This document shows positions 1-9,278 of a DNA stretch of 64,000 bases, one piece after another; position 1 is the first letter of the stretch, and each line of letters begins with the position of its first letter. Source of the DNA: a virus. Position numbers and translations under genes: made by a program. The DNA is taken from positions 1 to 64,000 of the IMG/VR virus record IMGVR_UViG_3300032163_000002; one strand, 5' to 3'. The notes beneath the pieces were generated by a model, which worked only from the letters and a program-made list of their open reading frames with translations, did not search any database and was not told the DNA's origin.

Positions 1-515
1 GCCGCTGCTGGAAGAGCCCACTTCAAACCGAGCGCCTGAGTCGAATCGGCTGTGAGAACGTAAGCGTTCGTCCCGACCGGGATACGGTTCGCCGCCGTGT
101 CGTATCCCTGAAGATCACCCTTCGTCGTAACACTCACACTTGTTGGAGCAGCAGCCCATTTAATTCCTGTCGCTTGTGTGGAATCTGCTGTTAAAAGATA
201 CCCATTCGTTCCAACCCCGAGGCGTTGAGGTGCCGTATCATATGTTTGAATATCACCCTTTGTTGTGACAGAAAGAGTAGTTGCCGCTTGCCATGAAGGA
301 AGCGCGCTTGCGCCATTACTTTTCAAAACATATCCAGCTATCGAACCTGCGATTAAACAGACAGGCGTTCCAAGTGCATCATTTGATACAACAAGACCCC
401 CCTTGACACAAGCTATCCCGCCTCCTTTAAGTACCGCACGATCAAAAAGCGAAAATGGTTGTGCCAATGCAGGAAAAGCACACAGAAAAGCGAGAGCCAA
501 AAACAATTCTCTCAT
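1..515 (-). CDS. Fibre-repeat protein with N-terminal signal peptide (3'-truncated by window edge)
   Basis: Manual translation: MRELFLALAFLCAFPALA|QPFSLF..., then two repeats SVTTKGD(I/L)Q.YDTA..R(L/I).VGTN.Y.LTADSTQA.G(I/L)KWA typical of phage fibre shafts; open to position 1. Confidence 0.75.
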   Translation of the reverse strand, partial: MRELFLALAFLCAFPALAQPFSLFDRAVLKGGGIACVKGGLVVSNDALGTPVCLIAGSIAGYVLKSNGASALPSWQAATTLSVTTKGDIQTYDTAPQRLGVGTNGYLLTADSTQATGIKWAAAPTSVSVTTKGDLQGYDTAANRIPVGTNAYVLTADSTQALGLKWALPAA

Positions 516-519
516 TAAA

Positions 520-2613
520 CTACTCCCACGTAGTCAATCTCCATCGGTCGAGGACAGTATTGATCGTCTGACCCCCCGTAATGGCAGCATTGAGTTCAAA
601 ATACACGGCCCACGCCGAAAGATCGGCGATATAGTTTCCCGAAGTTGCCTCCATCGCATAAAAGCCACCAGCCATGTCAATCGTTCCGGCCCACAGCATG
701 TCTTCCATTACCGGCCAGCCGCTTGCCCACGTCCCGTAATAAACGTCGATTCGATACGGGTTCCTCACGTAAAGGAGTGTGACGTTAAGTGCCGACGCGC
801 CGATGGTCTGATACGAAACCGTCCCGTTGCCGAATTGTCTTCCAAACGAGAGCCCCCCCGCTGCATTATTCGGAGCAGCCCACAGATTTTTCGCTCGGAC
901 CGCCCCGAAAAGATACGGGGCAGAACTGTAGAGACCGCCATATGTCCCGCCGCGTACACCCACAGCGAGATGGCATTCAGCAAATGACGTTGCATATGTA
1001 AAATCATAAGATGATCGGTACTGCCAGATTCCCCACGCGCCGCGCCGAAATCGGGTAGGTGTGACGAGATCGAAAATACTACCACTCGCCGCACCACCGG
1101 GATTGATTCGTAGCCATTGACGGGTCGAGCTTGCGTTACCCGTAAGGGTCAAACCCGAGCCATCAATGTTAATGGTATGTGTTCCACCCGCATTACTCCT
1201 ATAAATCTCATAAGAAATTCCATCGCCAAGCGCGTTGTAATTAGCGTAATCATCACCATCAAGATATCCATGTGACAACGCAGAAAAAACAGTCTCATGA
1301 AGTACTGCCAATGTAGGTGTCCACGGAGGCGTTACCGGGGGCACTTGAAAACTAGAATCTTCACGAAGATATTTTGTTGTACCGGGAGTTACACCCGGAT
1401 CTGGTACTAAACCTATTGCGTGTGAAGCACCAGAACCAACAAATACAGAAGAAGCAGGAGGTTCAACAAAAGTAGCGTCTTCACGAAGAAATCTCAATAT
1501 TCCGGCAACTGCACCGGGGTCTGGAACAGAACCAATCGAATGAGAAGGACCAGAAGCTCCGAACACAGGAGGAGTTGAGGAAATAGTCAACCCATGAATT
1601 ATGATAACACTGGAATTCGGTATGTAAGAAACCGTAAGTGTTAAATTATAGGCTGTTGCACCGGGGTCAAGAATTCCGTCTAGAAAAACAAGATCATTTG
1701 CCCCTAATCCCATTACCATCATATACGTAGTTGTTCCATTACCAGCCAGAACTTCTTTTGTGCCTCCACTACCTCCCGATGTCCACGCCAGCGGGTAATA
1801 CCCCGTCGGATAACTAATATTGTAGGGATCAAACCCAAGAACCATTCCAGCGGAAGGAGGAGTAGGAGGAAAAACAAGGTGTACATCAGCGGGAAGGGAA
1901 TCAGGAGCCACCAACCCTAAAACACTCGTTCCGTTGGCCGCAAGCTCTTTTAATTCAACCTGTCCCCCAGCTCCTGCGAGCGTACCCTGTGGAGGCACGA
2001 TCAGCGGCGTCAGGAGCCCGGCTGAAGGATTCGACCAGCGAAGAGGATACTTTCCCGGATAACCGGAGATCGTCGGGTCATAGACCAGCGCTGCCCCGGT
2101 AGCGGGGGCTGTAGAAGGAAGGATGTAGCGGAGATCAGCCACAAGACTGTCTGGAGCCAAGAAACTCGTGAAGTTCATCCCGTTAATTGCGAGTTCTCGT
2201 GCTCCGAATTCCCCTCCTTCACCTGCATCTACTCCTTGCGGGCTGATGTAAAGAGGAGTAGGAATTGACCAGCTACTTGAAATGAGAGGGATAAAAGCTT
2301 CCGTCAGATACTTGTTAGACAGATTCGGAGCTGAACCTCCCGGATAGCCTAGCAACGCTGCTTTTTGATCTGATGTTGGAGCAACCAATTCAAGTGCTGC
2401 AACCCGAGCCAAAAGTCCAGAGATGTCATCCCGCATTTTTTGAACAAGCGCGGGGTTGATTGCTCGATACAGATATTCGATATTCTCAGCGATGACTGGA
2501 ATAAGTGCCCCGTCAATTCTAGACAAGGCTCCTACACGGTCCCCACCAGACACCGAAGGATATAAGGGTATGTAAGAAACGGGAACGCTAGGATCGGGGG
2601 CTCTAGTCGGCAT
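520..2613 (-). CDS. Tail fibre / receptor-binding-like protein
   Basis: 697 aa, G/P/S/T-rich; duplicated ELA.NG.....APDSL.AD modules and duplicated GLVPDPG....LRED.(T/S)F fibre motifs; aromatic beta-rich C-terminal head. Confidence 0.65.
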   Translation of the reverse strand: MPTRAPDPSVPVSYIPLYPSVSGGDRVGALSRIDGALIPVIAENIEYLYRAINPALVQKMRDDISGLLARVAALELVAPTSDQKAALLGYPGGSAPNLSNKYLTEAFIPLISSSWSIPTPLYISPQGVDAGEGGEFGARELAINGMNFTSFLAPDSLVADLRYILPSTAPATGAALVYDPTISGYPGKYPLRWSNPSAGLLTPLIVPPQGTLAGAGGQVELKELAANGTSVLGLVAPDSLPADVHLVFPPTPPSAGMVLGFDPYNISYPTGYYPLAWTSGGSGGTKEVLAGNGTTTYMMVMGLGANDLVFLDGILDPGATAYNLTLTVSYIPNSSVIIIHGLTISSTPPVFGASGPSHSIGSVPDPGAVAGILRFLREDATFVEPPASSVFVGSGASHAIGLVPDPGVTPGTTKYLREDSSFQVPPVTPPWTPTLAVLHETVFSALSHGYLDGDDYANYNALGDGISYEIYRSNAGGTHTINIDGSGLTLTGNASSTRQWLRINPGGAASGSIFDLVTPTRFRRGAWGIWQYRSSYDFTYATSFAECHLAVGVRGGTYGGLYSSAPYLFGAVRAKNLWAAPNNAAGGLSFGRQFGNGTVSYQTIGASALNVTLLYVRNPYRIDVYYGTWASGWPVMEDMLWAGTIDMAGGFYAMEATSGNYIADLSAWAVYFELNAAITGGQTINTVLDRWRLTTWE

Positions 2614-2651
2614 TTACTCCCAACCTTCTCTCAAGATGATAGTTCTCTAAG

Positions 2652-2679
2652 AAAAAGGCCAGAGTTTCCTCTGGCCTTT
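2652..2679 (-). terminator. Rho-independent terminator after Ig-like gene
   Basis: AAAGGCCAGAG-gaaa-CTCTGGCCTTTTT on minus strand. Confidence 0.8.
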
Positions 2680-2703
2680 GCTCCCGTTGACCTGTCAGAA
2701 AAA

Positions 2704-3027
2704 TTATCGCTGCTCGGGAGTACCAACCGCGAAATTCGCGGCAACGGCCTGCGAAGCGACAACCTGAAAACCCTGCACGCCAACGATCTCCGTAATACCG
2801 GGGCTGAGATCAGCATCAGCCTTTACAGAAATCTGAGCCGTACCGAGCGGGCCAACCGTCGAAACGACGGCAGAAAGCCCATCAGCAGCAGGCACTACGG
2901 TGAGAATTGCCGGGTCAGAAGAAGCCCATACCGGAGCGCCTTCCACAACAGCAGGATTACCCGCCGCATCAACAAAAGAGACTGCAACAGAAACCTTCTG
3001 TTCGTCGGTAAGAATGAAATCTGCCAT
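2704..3027 (-). CDS. Single Ig-like (Big_2-type) domain protein
   Basis: DAAGNPA...VWASSDPAILTV....GTAQISV pattern; strong AAGGAG RBS. Confidence 0.7.
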   Translation of the reverse strand: MADFILTDEQKVSVAVSFVDAAGNPAVVEGAPVWASSDPAILTVVPAADGLSAVVSTVGPLGTAQISVKADADLSPGITEIVGVQGFQVVASQAVAANFAVGTPEQR

Positions 3028-3057
3028 GATATTCTCCTTTTTATGTGAGGTTGAAAT

Positions 3058-3237
3058 TTAGCGCTTACTAACAGGTCCGACAGTAAATTTTGCCTTTATA
3101 CTCCTTTTTTTTGATTCTGTTGTCATATCGAGAAGAACTTTGAACATAAGAGTGAGCACGCCTAAACCAAACAAATATACGAGATAGTCGTACGTTTTCG
3201 GAGAGGGGTGCTCTTCGTTATCTTCAACAAATTTCAT
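3058..3237 (-). CDS. 59-aa single-TM peptide
   Basis: Manual translation MKFVEDNEEHPSPKTYDYLVYLFGLGVLTLMFKVLLDMTTESKKRSIKAKFTVGPVSKR; ATGA overlap with upstream gene. Confidence 0.65.
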   Translation of the reverse strand: MKFVEDNEEHPSPKTYDYLVYLFGLGVLTLMFKVLLDMTTESKKRSIKAKFTVGPVSKR

Positions 3238-3380
3238 TTCACCCCCTTACGAAATTCCACAGGCCCTATTTTCCACTTCATTGTGATATTTGGCGTTTCT
3301 GGTAACTTCTGATTTCGTTGTCCTATCAAAAATCCAGCCAGAAAAAAGACAACTGCTACGAGAAGGCCAAATAAAGTCAT
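3234..3380 (-). CDS. 48-aa single-TM peptide
   Basis: Manual translation MTLFGLLVAVVFFLAGFLIGQRNQKLPETPNITMKWKIGPVEFRKGVK; ATGA-coupled on both sides. Confidence 0.65.
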   Translation of the reverse strand: MTLFGLLVAVVFFLAGFLIGQRNQKLPETPNITMKWKIGPVEFRKGVK

Positions 3381-3649
3381 AAATTGTCGAAAAATTCCTG
3401 TGGTTTCTCCTCTGCTTCTTCTCCACCAAGATAATTACTGATATGCTTCGAAGTCGTATTAGACCATTTCTTGTCAGTACGATAATACTTTCCACCAATG
3501 CGCGCTGCAACAGGCGTATCGTATGAAAAGAAAGTTTCATCTCCATTCGGCATCGTATGAACAAATTGGTTCGGCCCAAGAGTCTTTCCTTGTGCTTCAC
3601 CAATAAGAGCCTCAACAATTTTTTCGGTTGAATTTGATCTCATTAGCAT
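3377..3649 (-). CDS. Small protein with N-terminal tag (putative internal head protein)
   Basis: EKIVEALIGE followed by FSYDTPVA...KWSNTTSKHI phage domain. Confidence 0.65.
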   Translation of the reverse strand: MLMRSNSTEKIVEALIGEAQGKTLGPNQFVHTMPNGDETFFSYDTPVAARIGGKYYRTDKKWSNTTSKHISNYLGGEEAEEKPQEFFDNL

Positions 3650-3656
3650 CTGCCTA

Positions 3657-3833
3657 TTATGGTGTCTTAGGTTTCTTTAAGGTATTAAACAACCATTCAA
3701 CACCTAAAATCATAACATAAATGACGAAAGCAAGCCCACCAAATGACCCTAACTTAAGAAGCCACGCAGGAGCAGTGAAAACAGCGAGGAAAAGAACTGA
3801 AAGCAAAAGAGCAATGACAGCTTCTAGTAACAT
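3657..3833 (-). CDS. 58-aa two-TM membrane protein
   Basis: Manual translation MLLEAVIALLLSVLFLAVFTAPAWLLKLGSFGGLAFVIYVMILGVEWLFNTLKKPKTP; AAGGAG RBS. Confidence 0.65.
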   Translation of the reverse strand: MLLEAVIALLLSVLFLAVFTAPAWLLKLGSFGGLAFVIYVMILGVEWLFNTLKKPKTP

Positions 3834-3845
3834 GGTATATCTCCT

Positions 3846-4211
3846 TTATCGAGTTCCAATCATTCCATGAGGCCCAAAATGCGCCCCCCACGAAGACGAA
3901 TCATTGACATTGCCACGAGTGAAATTCTTCGCCGGACCTTTCCAACTCGCAGGATACCAAATATCTCCTGTTGCCCGCTCGACGAAACAATAAACGCTCC
4001 TGCTAGAACCATCTGATTTGACAATTCTAATATATTTAGGCCCAATATCCGTACTAAATGTCGGTGGTTTTATATGCTCCGGAGGAGTTCGTCCTGACCA
4101 GTTAGACCCAAAATTGTCACCTGTTACTTTTTTCAGATGCTCAATGAACGCAGCAACACCATCCTCAACACTCTCTCGCAAGAGATTCTTGACGATGGCT
4201 TCAGCGTTCAC
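3846..4211 (-). CDS. Tagged small protein (putative internal head protein)
   Basis: MNAEAIVKNLLRE; KYIRIV...SVYCFV...GDI..PASWKGPAK..RGN domain common in phages. Confidence 0.7.
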   Translation of the reverse strand: MNAEAIVKNLLRESVEDGVAAFIEHLKKVTGDNFGSNWSGRTPPEHIKPPTFSTDIGPKYIRIVKSDGSSRSVYCFVERATGDIWYPASWKGPAKNFTRGNVNDSSSWGAHFGPHGMIGTR

Positions 4212-4546
4212 GGATTAAACTCGCTGATCCAACTGCTGATGATTTCGGCAAGCTGATCAAAATAAATGTCATCCACTTCCTTAAGCTTATTAACGCTCCC
4301 TACATTACCTAGCTTATAAAGAGCAACCGTATAAGTATCTGTCCCAGCGTCATATTTAATGGTGATTTTCCCACGCTTGCCGACACGAAACATTAGCGAA
4401 TCCGAAGACTTGATGAAGTCTCGCGCACCCCACCGAGATAGCCCACTTAACCCGCCGAAGCCGCTCGCGACACGAAGTTGCTGAAGAATCGTGTCAGCCA
4501 CGTCTTCATATAGAAGTTTTCTGATAATAATTTCAATTTGATTCAT
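4208..4546 (-). CDS. Tagged small protein
   Basis: MNQIEIIIRKLLYE then ADTILQQL...GARDF...DTYTV domain. Confidence 0.7.
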   Translation of the reverse strand: MNQIEIIIRKLLYEDVADTILQQLRVASGFGGLSGLSRWGARDFIKSSDSLMFRVGKRGKITIKYDAGTDTYTVALYKLGNVGSVNKLKEVDDIYFDQLAEIISSWISEFNP

Positions 4547-4805
4547 ACTTGTCGCATGACCATCTCATGCTACCAACTTTGTTTCCGTTAACATCCCTGA
4601 GGTTAATTGAATCACCGGGGGCTAAGTCCTTGGCAGCAAGTTCGTGCAGAATACGCCGACACTCTTCCCACGGGTCATCTGTAAAAGCCTCATTATCTGT
4701 TTCGATCAAAATCGTAATCTGCTTTCCAGAAGAACCTATTTCCTTTAACGGAACCGCCGTCAACTCGGCAAAAAGTTTCTGGTGCATGTTCACACGTTCA
4801 GACAT
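4533..4805 (-). CDS. Hypothetical phage protein
   Basis: I.TDNEAF...E..RIL..LA...LRDVNGNKVG motif; coupled to neighbours. Confidence 0.65.
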   Translation of the reverse strand: MSERVNMHQKLFAELTAVPLKEIGSSGKQITILIETDNEAFTDDPWEECRRILHELAAKDLAPGDSINLRDVNGNKVGSMRWSCDKYESN

Positions 4806-5401
4806 TAGAATTCTCCATTAAATTCTTTGTGGCGAGAAGGATCAACCACGAAATTTTCACCACGCGTAGCATAATCTTTCTCCGGCACCAGAAAATACTT
4901 TTCTGGCCCACTACCTTCACGCCCACCCTTCTTAGCAACAACACCAACCATGCCCTTCGGAACCTTATCGTGCCAATCACCCCATGCCGCATACGAAATC
5001 CAATCATTTGCGTGCTGCTTGTAGAAAGCCCGCTGCCGAAGAACATGAGAATCTTCTGGTTTGACACTTTCCCCTGTTACTTTTTCATACTCATCAGGGT
5101 AATAATGTTTAAGGGCTTTCTTGGCTGAGTCAACCTTGCTGGAGTCAAAAATATTCGGGAAGGTTAAATGGACAATATTATAGTCCACATCTTCTTCATA
5201 CCATCCACCCTGTTTCCTCCATACCGAATTGACTTTCTGATTCATCGAAGGTTCCAGCTTATATCCGCCGTGAGTTGACGTACCAACAAAAACAATTCCC
5301 GGAGCTATTTGCTCTATGCTATCGGCTTTGCCCCACGGAGTTCGCATTCCCTCCCCGACTTCTCCGAGAAGGTTTTCAACAATCCGCTCAACTATGCTCA
5401 T
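4805..5401 (-). CDS. Tagged protein, DUF7007-like domain
   Basis: Start re-called at MSIVERIVENLLGE; TPWG...STHGGY.L...WYEED motif recalled as DUF7007. Confidence 0.65.
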   Translation of the reverse strand: MSIVERIVENLLGEVGEGMRTPWGKADSIEQIAPGIVFVGTSTHGGYKLEPSMNQKVNSVWRKQGGWYEEDVDYNIVHLTFPNIFDSSKVDSAKKALKHYYPDEYEKVTGESVKPEDSHVLRQRAFYKQHANDWISYAAWGDWHDKVPKGMVGVVAKKGGREGSGPEKYFLVPEKDYATRGENFVVDPSRHKEFNGEF

Positions 5402-5636
5402 CACTGAAAACTCCCGAGTCCATCGCATCTTCGGCGCAACCATCACACATATCCGTACCAGTCTCATCTTCCATGTCTATACGATAAAGTCTCTGTGTGG
5501 GCTTGGCTGAACACTTTTCACTGCCCTTATGAACCGGACAACCGGGATCGCCGCATTCACACGCGAAATTCGCGCTCTTCGAGTAGTCCCGCTCCAACAA
5601 CCTGCCGACGATTTTTTTGACCAGCGTGTTAGCCAT
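5388..5636 (-). CDS. Tagged Cys-rich small protein
   Basis: Start re-called at MANTLVKKIVGRLLE; CECGDPGCPVH...C...CDGC. Confidence 0.65.
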   Translation of the reverse strand: MANTLVKKIVGRLLERDYSKSANFACECGDPGCPVHKGSEKCSAKPTQRLYRIDMEDETGTDMCDGCAEDAMDSGVFSDEHS

Positions 5637-6030
5637 AAATAACGTCTCCAAACAGGGCGTACTGAATGATGGCATCCGCGTCCCCAGCATCGAAGTCGAT
5701 TTCTTCCTCGCTCTCCTCCGAGCCGAGCATGTTCGCCGAGAACCTGCTACTTCCGGAAGAAGGCTGACCCTTCTGTAAGAACAGCGCCAGCCCCGTGTCG
5801 AACTTTTCACGGGTCAGGTCGTACCACTTGTCTTCTTCCGAATCATGGATCTTGGTCGGAAACTGCGTCCCTTTCATCGAGTCGGCCCAATAATTGATCC
5901 CGCCCTCCGCCGCCACGCTGAGGATATCCTTCGCAAGCTGGTCGCTGGCCTTGCCCTCGGCGAGCCTGCGGCGCGGGATGACGAGTGCTTTAGTGAGCCC
6001 GCTCTTGATTTTCACTTCATACTCCTTCAT
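5629..6030 (-). CDS. Small protein with MK(I/V)xS-type N-terminus
   Basis: Likely GTG start at 6015 (KIKSGLTKALV...RLAE); AEGGINYWA...DAGDADAIIQYALFGDVIYG domain. Confidence 0.7.
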   Translation of the reverse strand: MKEYEVKIKSGLTKALVIPRRRLAEGKASDQLAKDILSVAAEGGINYWADSMKGTQFPTKIHDSEEDKWYDLTREKFDTGLALFLQKGQPSSGSSRFSANMLGSEESEEEIDFDAGDADAIIQYALFGDVIYG

Positions 6031-6032
6031 GC

Positions 6033-6067
6033 AAAAGAGCAGGCCCCCTCTTTCAAGAGAGCCTGCT
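6033..6067 (-). terminator. Terminator after sheath gene
   Basis: AGCAGGC...GCCTGCT stem followed by CTTTT. Confidence 0.65.
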
Positions 6068-6082
6068 TCACAGATCAGCTAA

Positions 6083-8563
6083 TTAAAAGGTCATATCCGC
6101 GAAATTCGTGCCCGTGTTCGTCACAGCGAACTTGACCTCGATAAACTCAGCCGCCTTTGTCGGCTTAAGAGCAACTACTCCGTGCATTTCGCTCCGGTCG
6201 ATAGCATCTGGCGGGTTCGTATTCTTGTCACAAATAACCATGTAATCGTAAACACCCCGCTTCTGCTTGACCATCTCCATATAAGGCTGCACAAGATTGA
6301 CGAACGTGTGCCAAGTGATCGGGTCATTCGGCTCGAAAACGAGATAACGCACCGCTGTCGCTATAACCTTGCGAAGATAAAGAATGAGTCGAACAACGTT
6401 GACCCGATCAAGAGCAGAAGGCTTCCGCTGAAGTGACCGCTGACCAAAAATCGTAATACCGTCCTTACGGAAATTCACGATGGGGTTGACAGAGTTCTGG
6501 TTGCCGTAAAGGAGATCCCGCTCACCCTTATCAGGGTTATACTCCAACTTGAGGGGCTGAAGCAGGTGGCCTCGATTAAGACCAGCAGGAGCGTACCACG
6601 TCTCTGTCGTGTAATCCGTAAAAGCGTACACACCTGCGGCGAGACCAGAAGGCGGCACCCATACTTTCTGCTTATTCACAGCATCATAAATCTGGAGCCA
6701 CGACCAGTAAAGAGCACCGTAGAAAGTGTTAAACGCCTGATGATCGTTATAAGCATTCGCACCGTTATGCCAATCCGTGACCTGTTGAACGGTCAACCCA
6801 AGCGGCGGATCAATGATAGCCATGCAATCCCCACGGGTCGAGCAAATCAACAACATCTCGTTAATAACCGCCGCACTTGAAATACCCGGTACTGCAAGGA
6901 GGTTCAGATCAAAGTCTTCAGCATTGGCGAAAAGCTGAAGCCCCGTCTTAACCGGGGAAAGCTCGCCAATATACTCACTATCCGAAATATCAGAAATACC
7001 ATCATTGCCACCAGCAAGAGTCGAAGCAATAAACGCCGGAACTACAGAAGAAGACCCGTTATTTGTCACAGTGATATACGCCGAAATTTCGTTGATCTGT
7101 GTCTCGCAGAAGCTTGTACTCGCTGAATTCTTATTCAAGTTATCAAACGATTCGACGTAAGCATCTCCATCATAAACGAGAAGCTTGAAGGATGTACCTG
7201 CACCGTCAGCCGATACTGTTGCAATAACTCGCAAATTATTGCCGTGAGTGCCCTTCGTAGCCGCAGTAACCGTAATTGACGTAGTAGCGGTATTCCCAGC
7301 ACCGGAAACAGATGCCGTCGAAAAATTGAAGGCGTACTGACCTGTGCCACCCGAGTCAACCTGCACGGAACCTGACGATCCAGCTACCAGAGTGGCGATG
7401 GTAACACCCCCTGCTGTATTGACAGAGGCGATACCTTCGTTATACCCCGTTGAACCGATGACGACATTGATTGCGTCAACCGCCGCCTGCGCGCCAATAG
7501 CTCCATTCGAAAATGCAACAACACGAACGTTTCCACCATTAAAACGAAGATGCAGAGAATTATTAGCCCCGAGACTGAACGGACCCGCCACAGCACCCGC
7601 CGAAACGGCCTTCGTCGCTACCGTTCCAATATGAACACTCAGATCGAAGCCGAGAATACTCGTTGCGGTTGAAGAACCAAGAACCTGAACAGTCGAAGAC
7701 GTACCAGTTGTAGCAGAAATGACACGAACAACGTGATTCCCACCGTCAACCTGTGCCGAAGCCGTACCGTGAGAAGTAATAACGCCATTGATGCTGGTCG
7801 CAATATCCGTTGCCGCTTCATCTCCAGCGGTCAGCGTAACATTATAGATCGTTCCATCAATAGCAATATCCAATACATCATTTGAATTCTGAACGATCGT
7901 GTAAGGTTCATTAACCGCTACACCCTGAATCTTGCCAGCCGTAGCCGCAAGGCCATTTACCGCACCTGCCGTAAAACCAAGCGTTGTGTTCGCCGTTGAA
8001 CCATTTCCAATGGTGTCGATGGTCACAGCACCACCGCTACCGACAGTATTTGTAGTAATGGTAATAGTCTGATCCGGATTTACCGCTACGACGCATCCAG
8101 AGACAGCATTCGCAATCTCTGACGCCACCTGAGTCGCCGTGCGCACACCCTTTGTCAGTGTAACTGCGATGAATGAACCTGCGTCAATTTTGACACGAAG
8201 AACTTCATTTGCAGTTGACCGAATCGTGTAGGGTCCAGCTACGCCGGAAGACACGCTCGCTGTCGTAGTCTTCTCCTTGAGCGCCACCGCTGCCTGCGCT
8301 GCGCTGGCTCCTGCGACCCGAACGAAGAACATCTGACTGCCATAGCGGAGGAACTGAAGCGCCGCATAAGGAGCCATGTAGTTCGGATTCGGGTTTCCAA
8401 ACGAAGAAACGAACGACAACACGTTAGAAATATAAGTAGCCTCGTTGAGCGGGCCTTTAGATGCGGCCCCAACAATCCCGAGAATCGTCGTCGAAAGATT
8501 CGGGATATAAAGGCTCAGGTCTAGAATAGTTGTATAAACTCCCGGACTTATGTACGTGGGCAT
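6083..8563 (-). CDS. Contractile tail sheath protein (T4 gp18 family)
   Basis: MPTYISPGVY...KGPLN N-terminus; C-terminal WYAPAGLNRG, LY...NPI, GQRSL, RVNVVRL, FEPND, KPTKAAEFI. Confidence 0.95.
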   Translation of the reverse strand: MPTYISPGVYTTILDLSLYIPNLSTTILGIVGAASKGPLNEATYISNVLSFVSSFGNPNPNYMAPYAALQFLRYGSQMFFVRVAGASAAQAAVALKEKTTTASVSSGVAGPYTIRSTANEVLRVKIDAGSFIAVTLTKGVRTATQVASEIANAVSGCVVAVNPDQTITITTNTVGSGGAVTIDTIGNGSTANTTLGFTAGAVNGLAATAGKIQGVAVNEPYTIVQNSNDVLDIAIDGTIYNVTLTAGDEAATDIATSINGVITSHGTASAQVDGGNHVVRVISATTGTSSTVQVLGSSTATSILGFDLSVHIGTVATKAVSAGAVAGPFSLGANNSLHLRFNGGNVRVVAFSNGAIGAQAAVDAINVVIGSTGYNEGIASVNTAGGVTIATLVAGSSGSVQVDSGGTGQYAFNFSTASVSGAGNTATTSITVTAATKGTHGNNLRVIATVSADGAGTSFKLLVYDGDAYVESFDNLNKNSASTSFCETQINEISAYITVTNNGSSSVVPAFIASTLAGGNDGISDISDSEYIGELSPVKTGLQLFANAEDFDLNLLAVPGISSAAVINEMLLICSTRGDCMAIIDPPLGLTVQQVTDWHNGANAYNDHQAFNTFYGALYWSWLQIYDAVNKQKVWVPPSGLAAGVYAFTDYTTETWYAPAGLNRGHLLQPLKLEYNPDKGERDLLYGNQNSVNPIVNFRKDGITIFGQRSLQRKPSALDRVNVVRLILYLRKVIATAVRYLVFEPNDPITWHTFVNLVQPYMEMVKQKRGVYDYMVICDKNTNPPDAIDRSEMHGVVALKPTKAAEFIEVKFAVTNTGTNFADMTF

Positions 8564-8612
8564 GTTTTTGTACCTCTTCTATCTAGATAGTTGTTATCGA
8601 CTTTTTTTGTCG

Positions 8613-8843
8613 TTACTTACTCGGAGCAGAAATAACAGGAACAACGGGTACTACAAACTCGTGAATTTCTGTGAACTCGACATAGCCCTTCACAGACTTA
8701 TCGAGTACGTCCTGAGACATTTCTTCAGCCGAAATTTCACGTTCAGCTAAAGCTGGAAGAAGCGCGCTGACATGCTTTCCAGATGTGGTCTTTAGGGTCA
8801 GGTTGATTCCCTGACGAGTTTTATTCTTAAGCAGATACTTCAT
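8613..8843 (-). CDS. Small hypothetical virion-region protein
   Basis: AAGGAG RBS; directly upstream of sheath. Confidence 0.65.
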   Translation of the reverse strand: MKYLLKNKTRQGINLTLKTTSGKHVSALLPALAEREISAEEMSQDVLDKSVKGYVEFTEIHEFVVPVVPVISAPSK

Positions 8844-8855
8844 GACTTTTCTCCT

Positions 8856-9278
8856 TTAGTTTTTGTATTCGTTATCACATACGATATCTGTGCTATCACA
8901 TGCCGGACAATTCATCTTGGTTTTACAATGAGCCCCGCAGTTATTGCAGATGAATGGCGTCGCCGAACCTCTAAAATGACTGCGAAATTCTATGTGTGCT
9001 TTTGACATGGGCTCACCTGTGTCCTTGTAATATTCTGTTTCCCCGAGCAACGCCTCAACGATCTTGTTCGCGCGTACTCTACAAACTTCTTGATGGTCAT
9101 CATTCATGGCTGCCGCAACCCTTTCAGCATCCTCTTTGCTCAAATTACCTTTAATCAAAGCAGAATAATGCTGTTCAGCTTGATAAGTGGAAGCATAAAA
9201 CTTAGGAGTTTCTCCATGAAGTGCCTTAAAGACTCCCCATGTGTACCCTTCCCCTTTCTCAAAAAAATACTGTTTCAT
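8856..9278 (-). CDS. Two-domain tagged protein
   Basis: N-domain paralogous to 26437..26658; internal NKIVEALLGE; C-terminal CxxC...CxxC ribbon. Confidence 0.75.
   Translation of the reverse strand: MKQYFFEKGEGYTWGVFKALHGETPKFYASTYQAEQHYSALIKGNLSKEDAERVAAAMNDDHQEVCRVRANKIVEALLGETEYYKDTGEPMSKAHIEFRSHFRGSATPFICNNCGAHCKTKMNCPACDSTDIVCDNEYKN

Noticed and set aside
520-2613. Diversity-generating retroelement target
   Set aside because: No reverse transcriptase and no adenine-variant template repeat seen in the window
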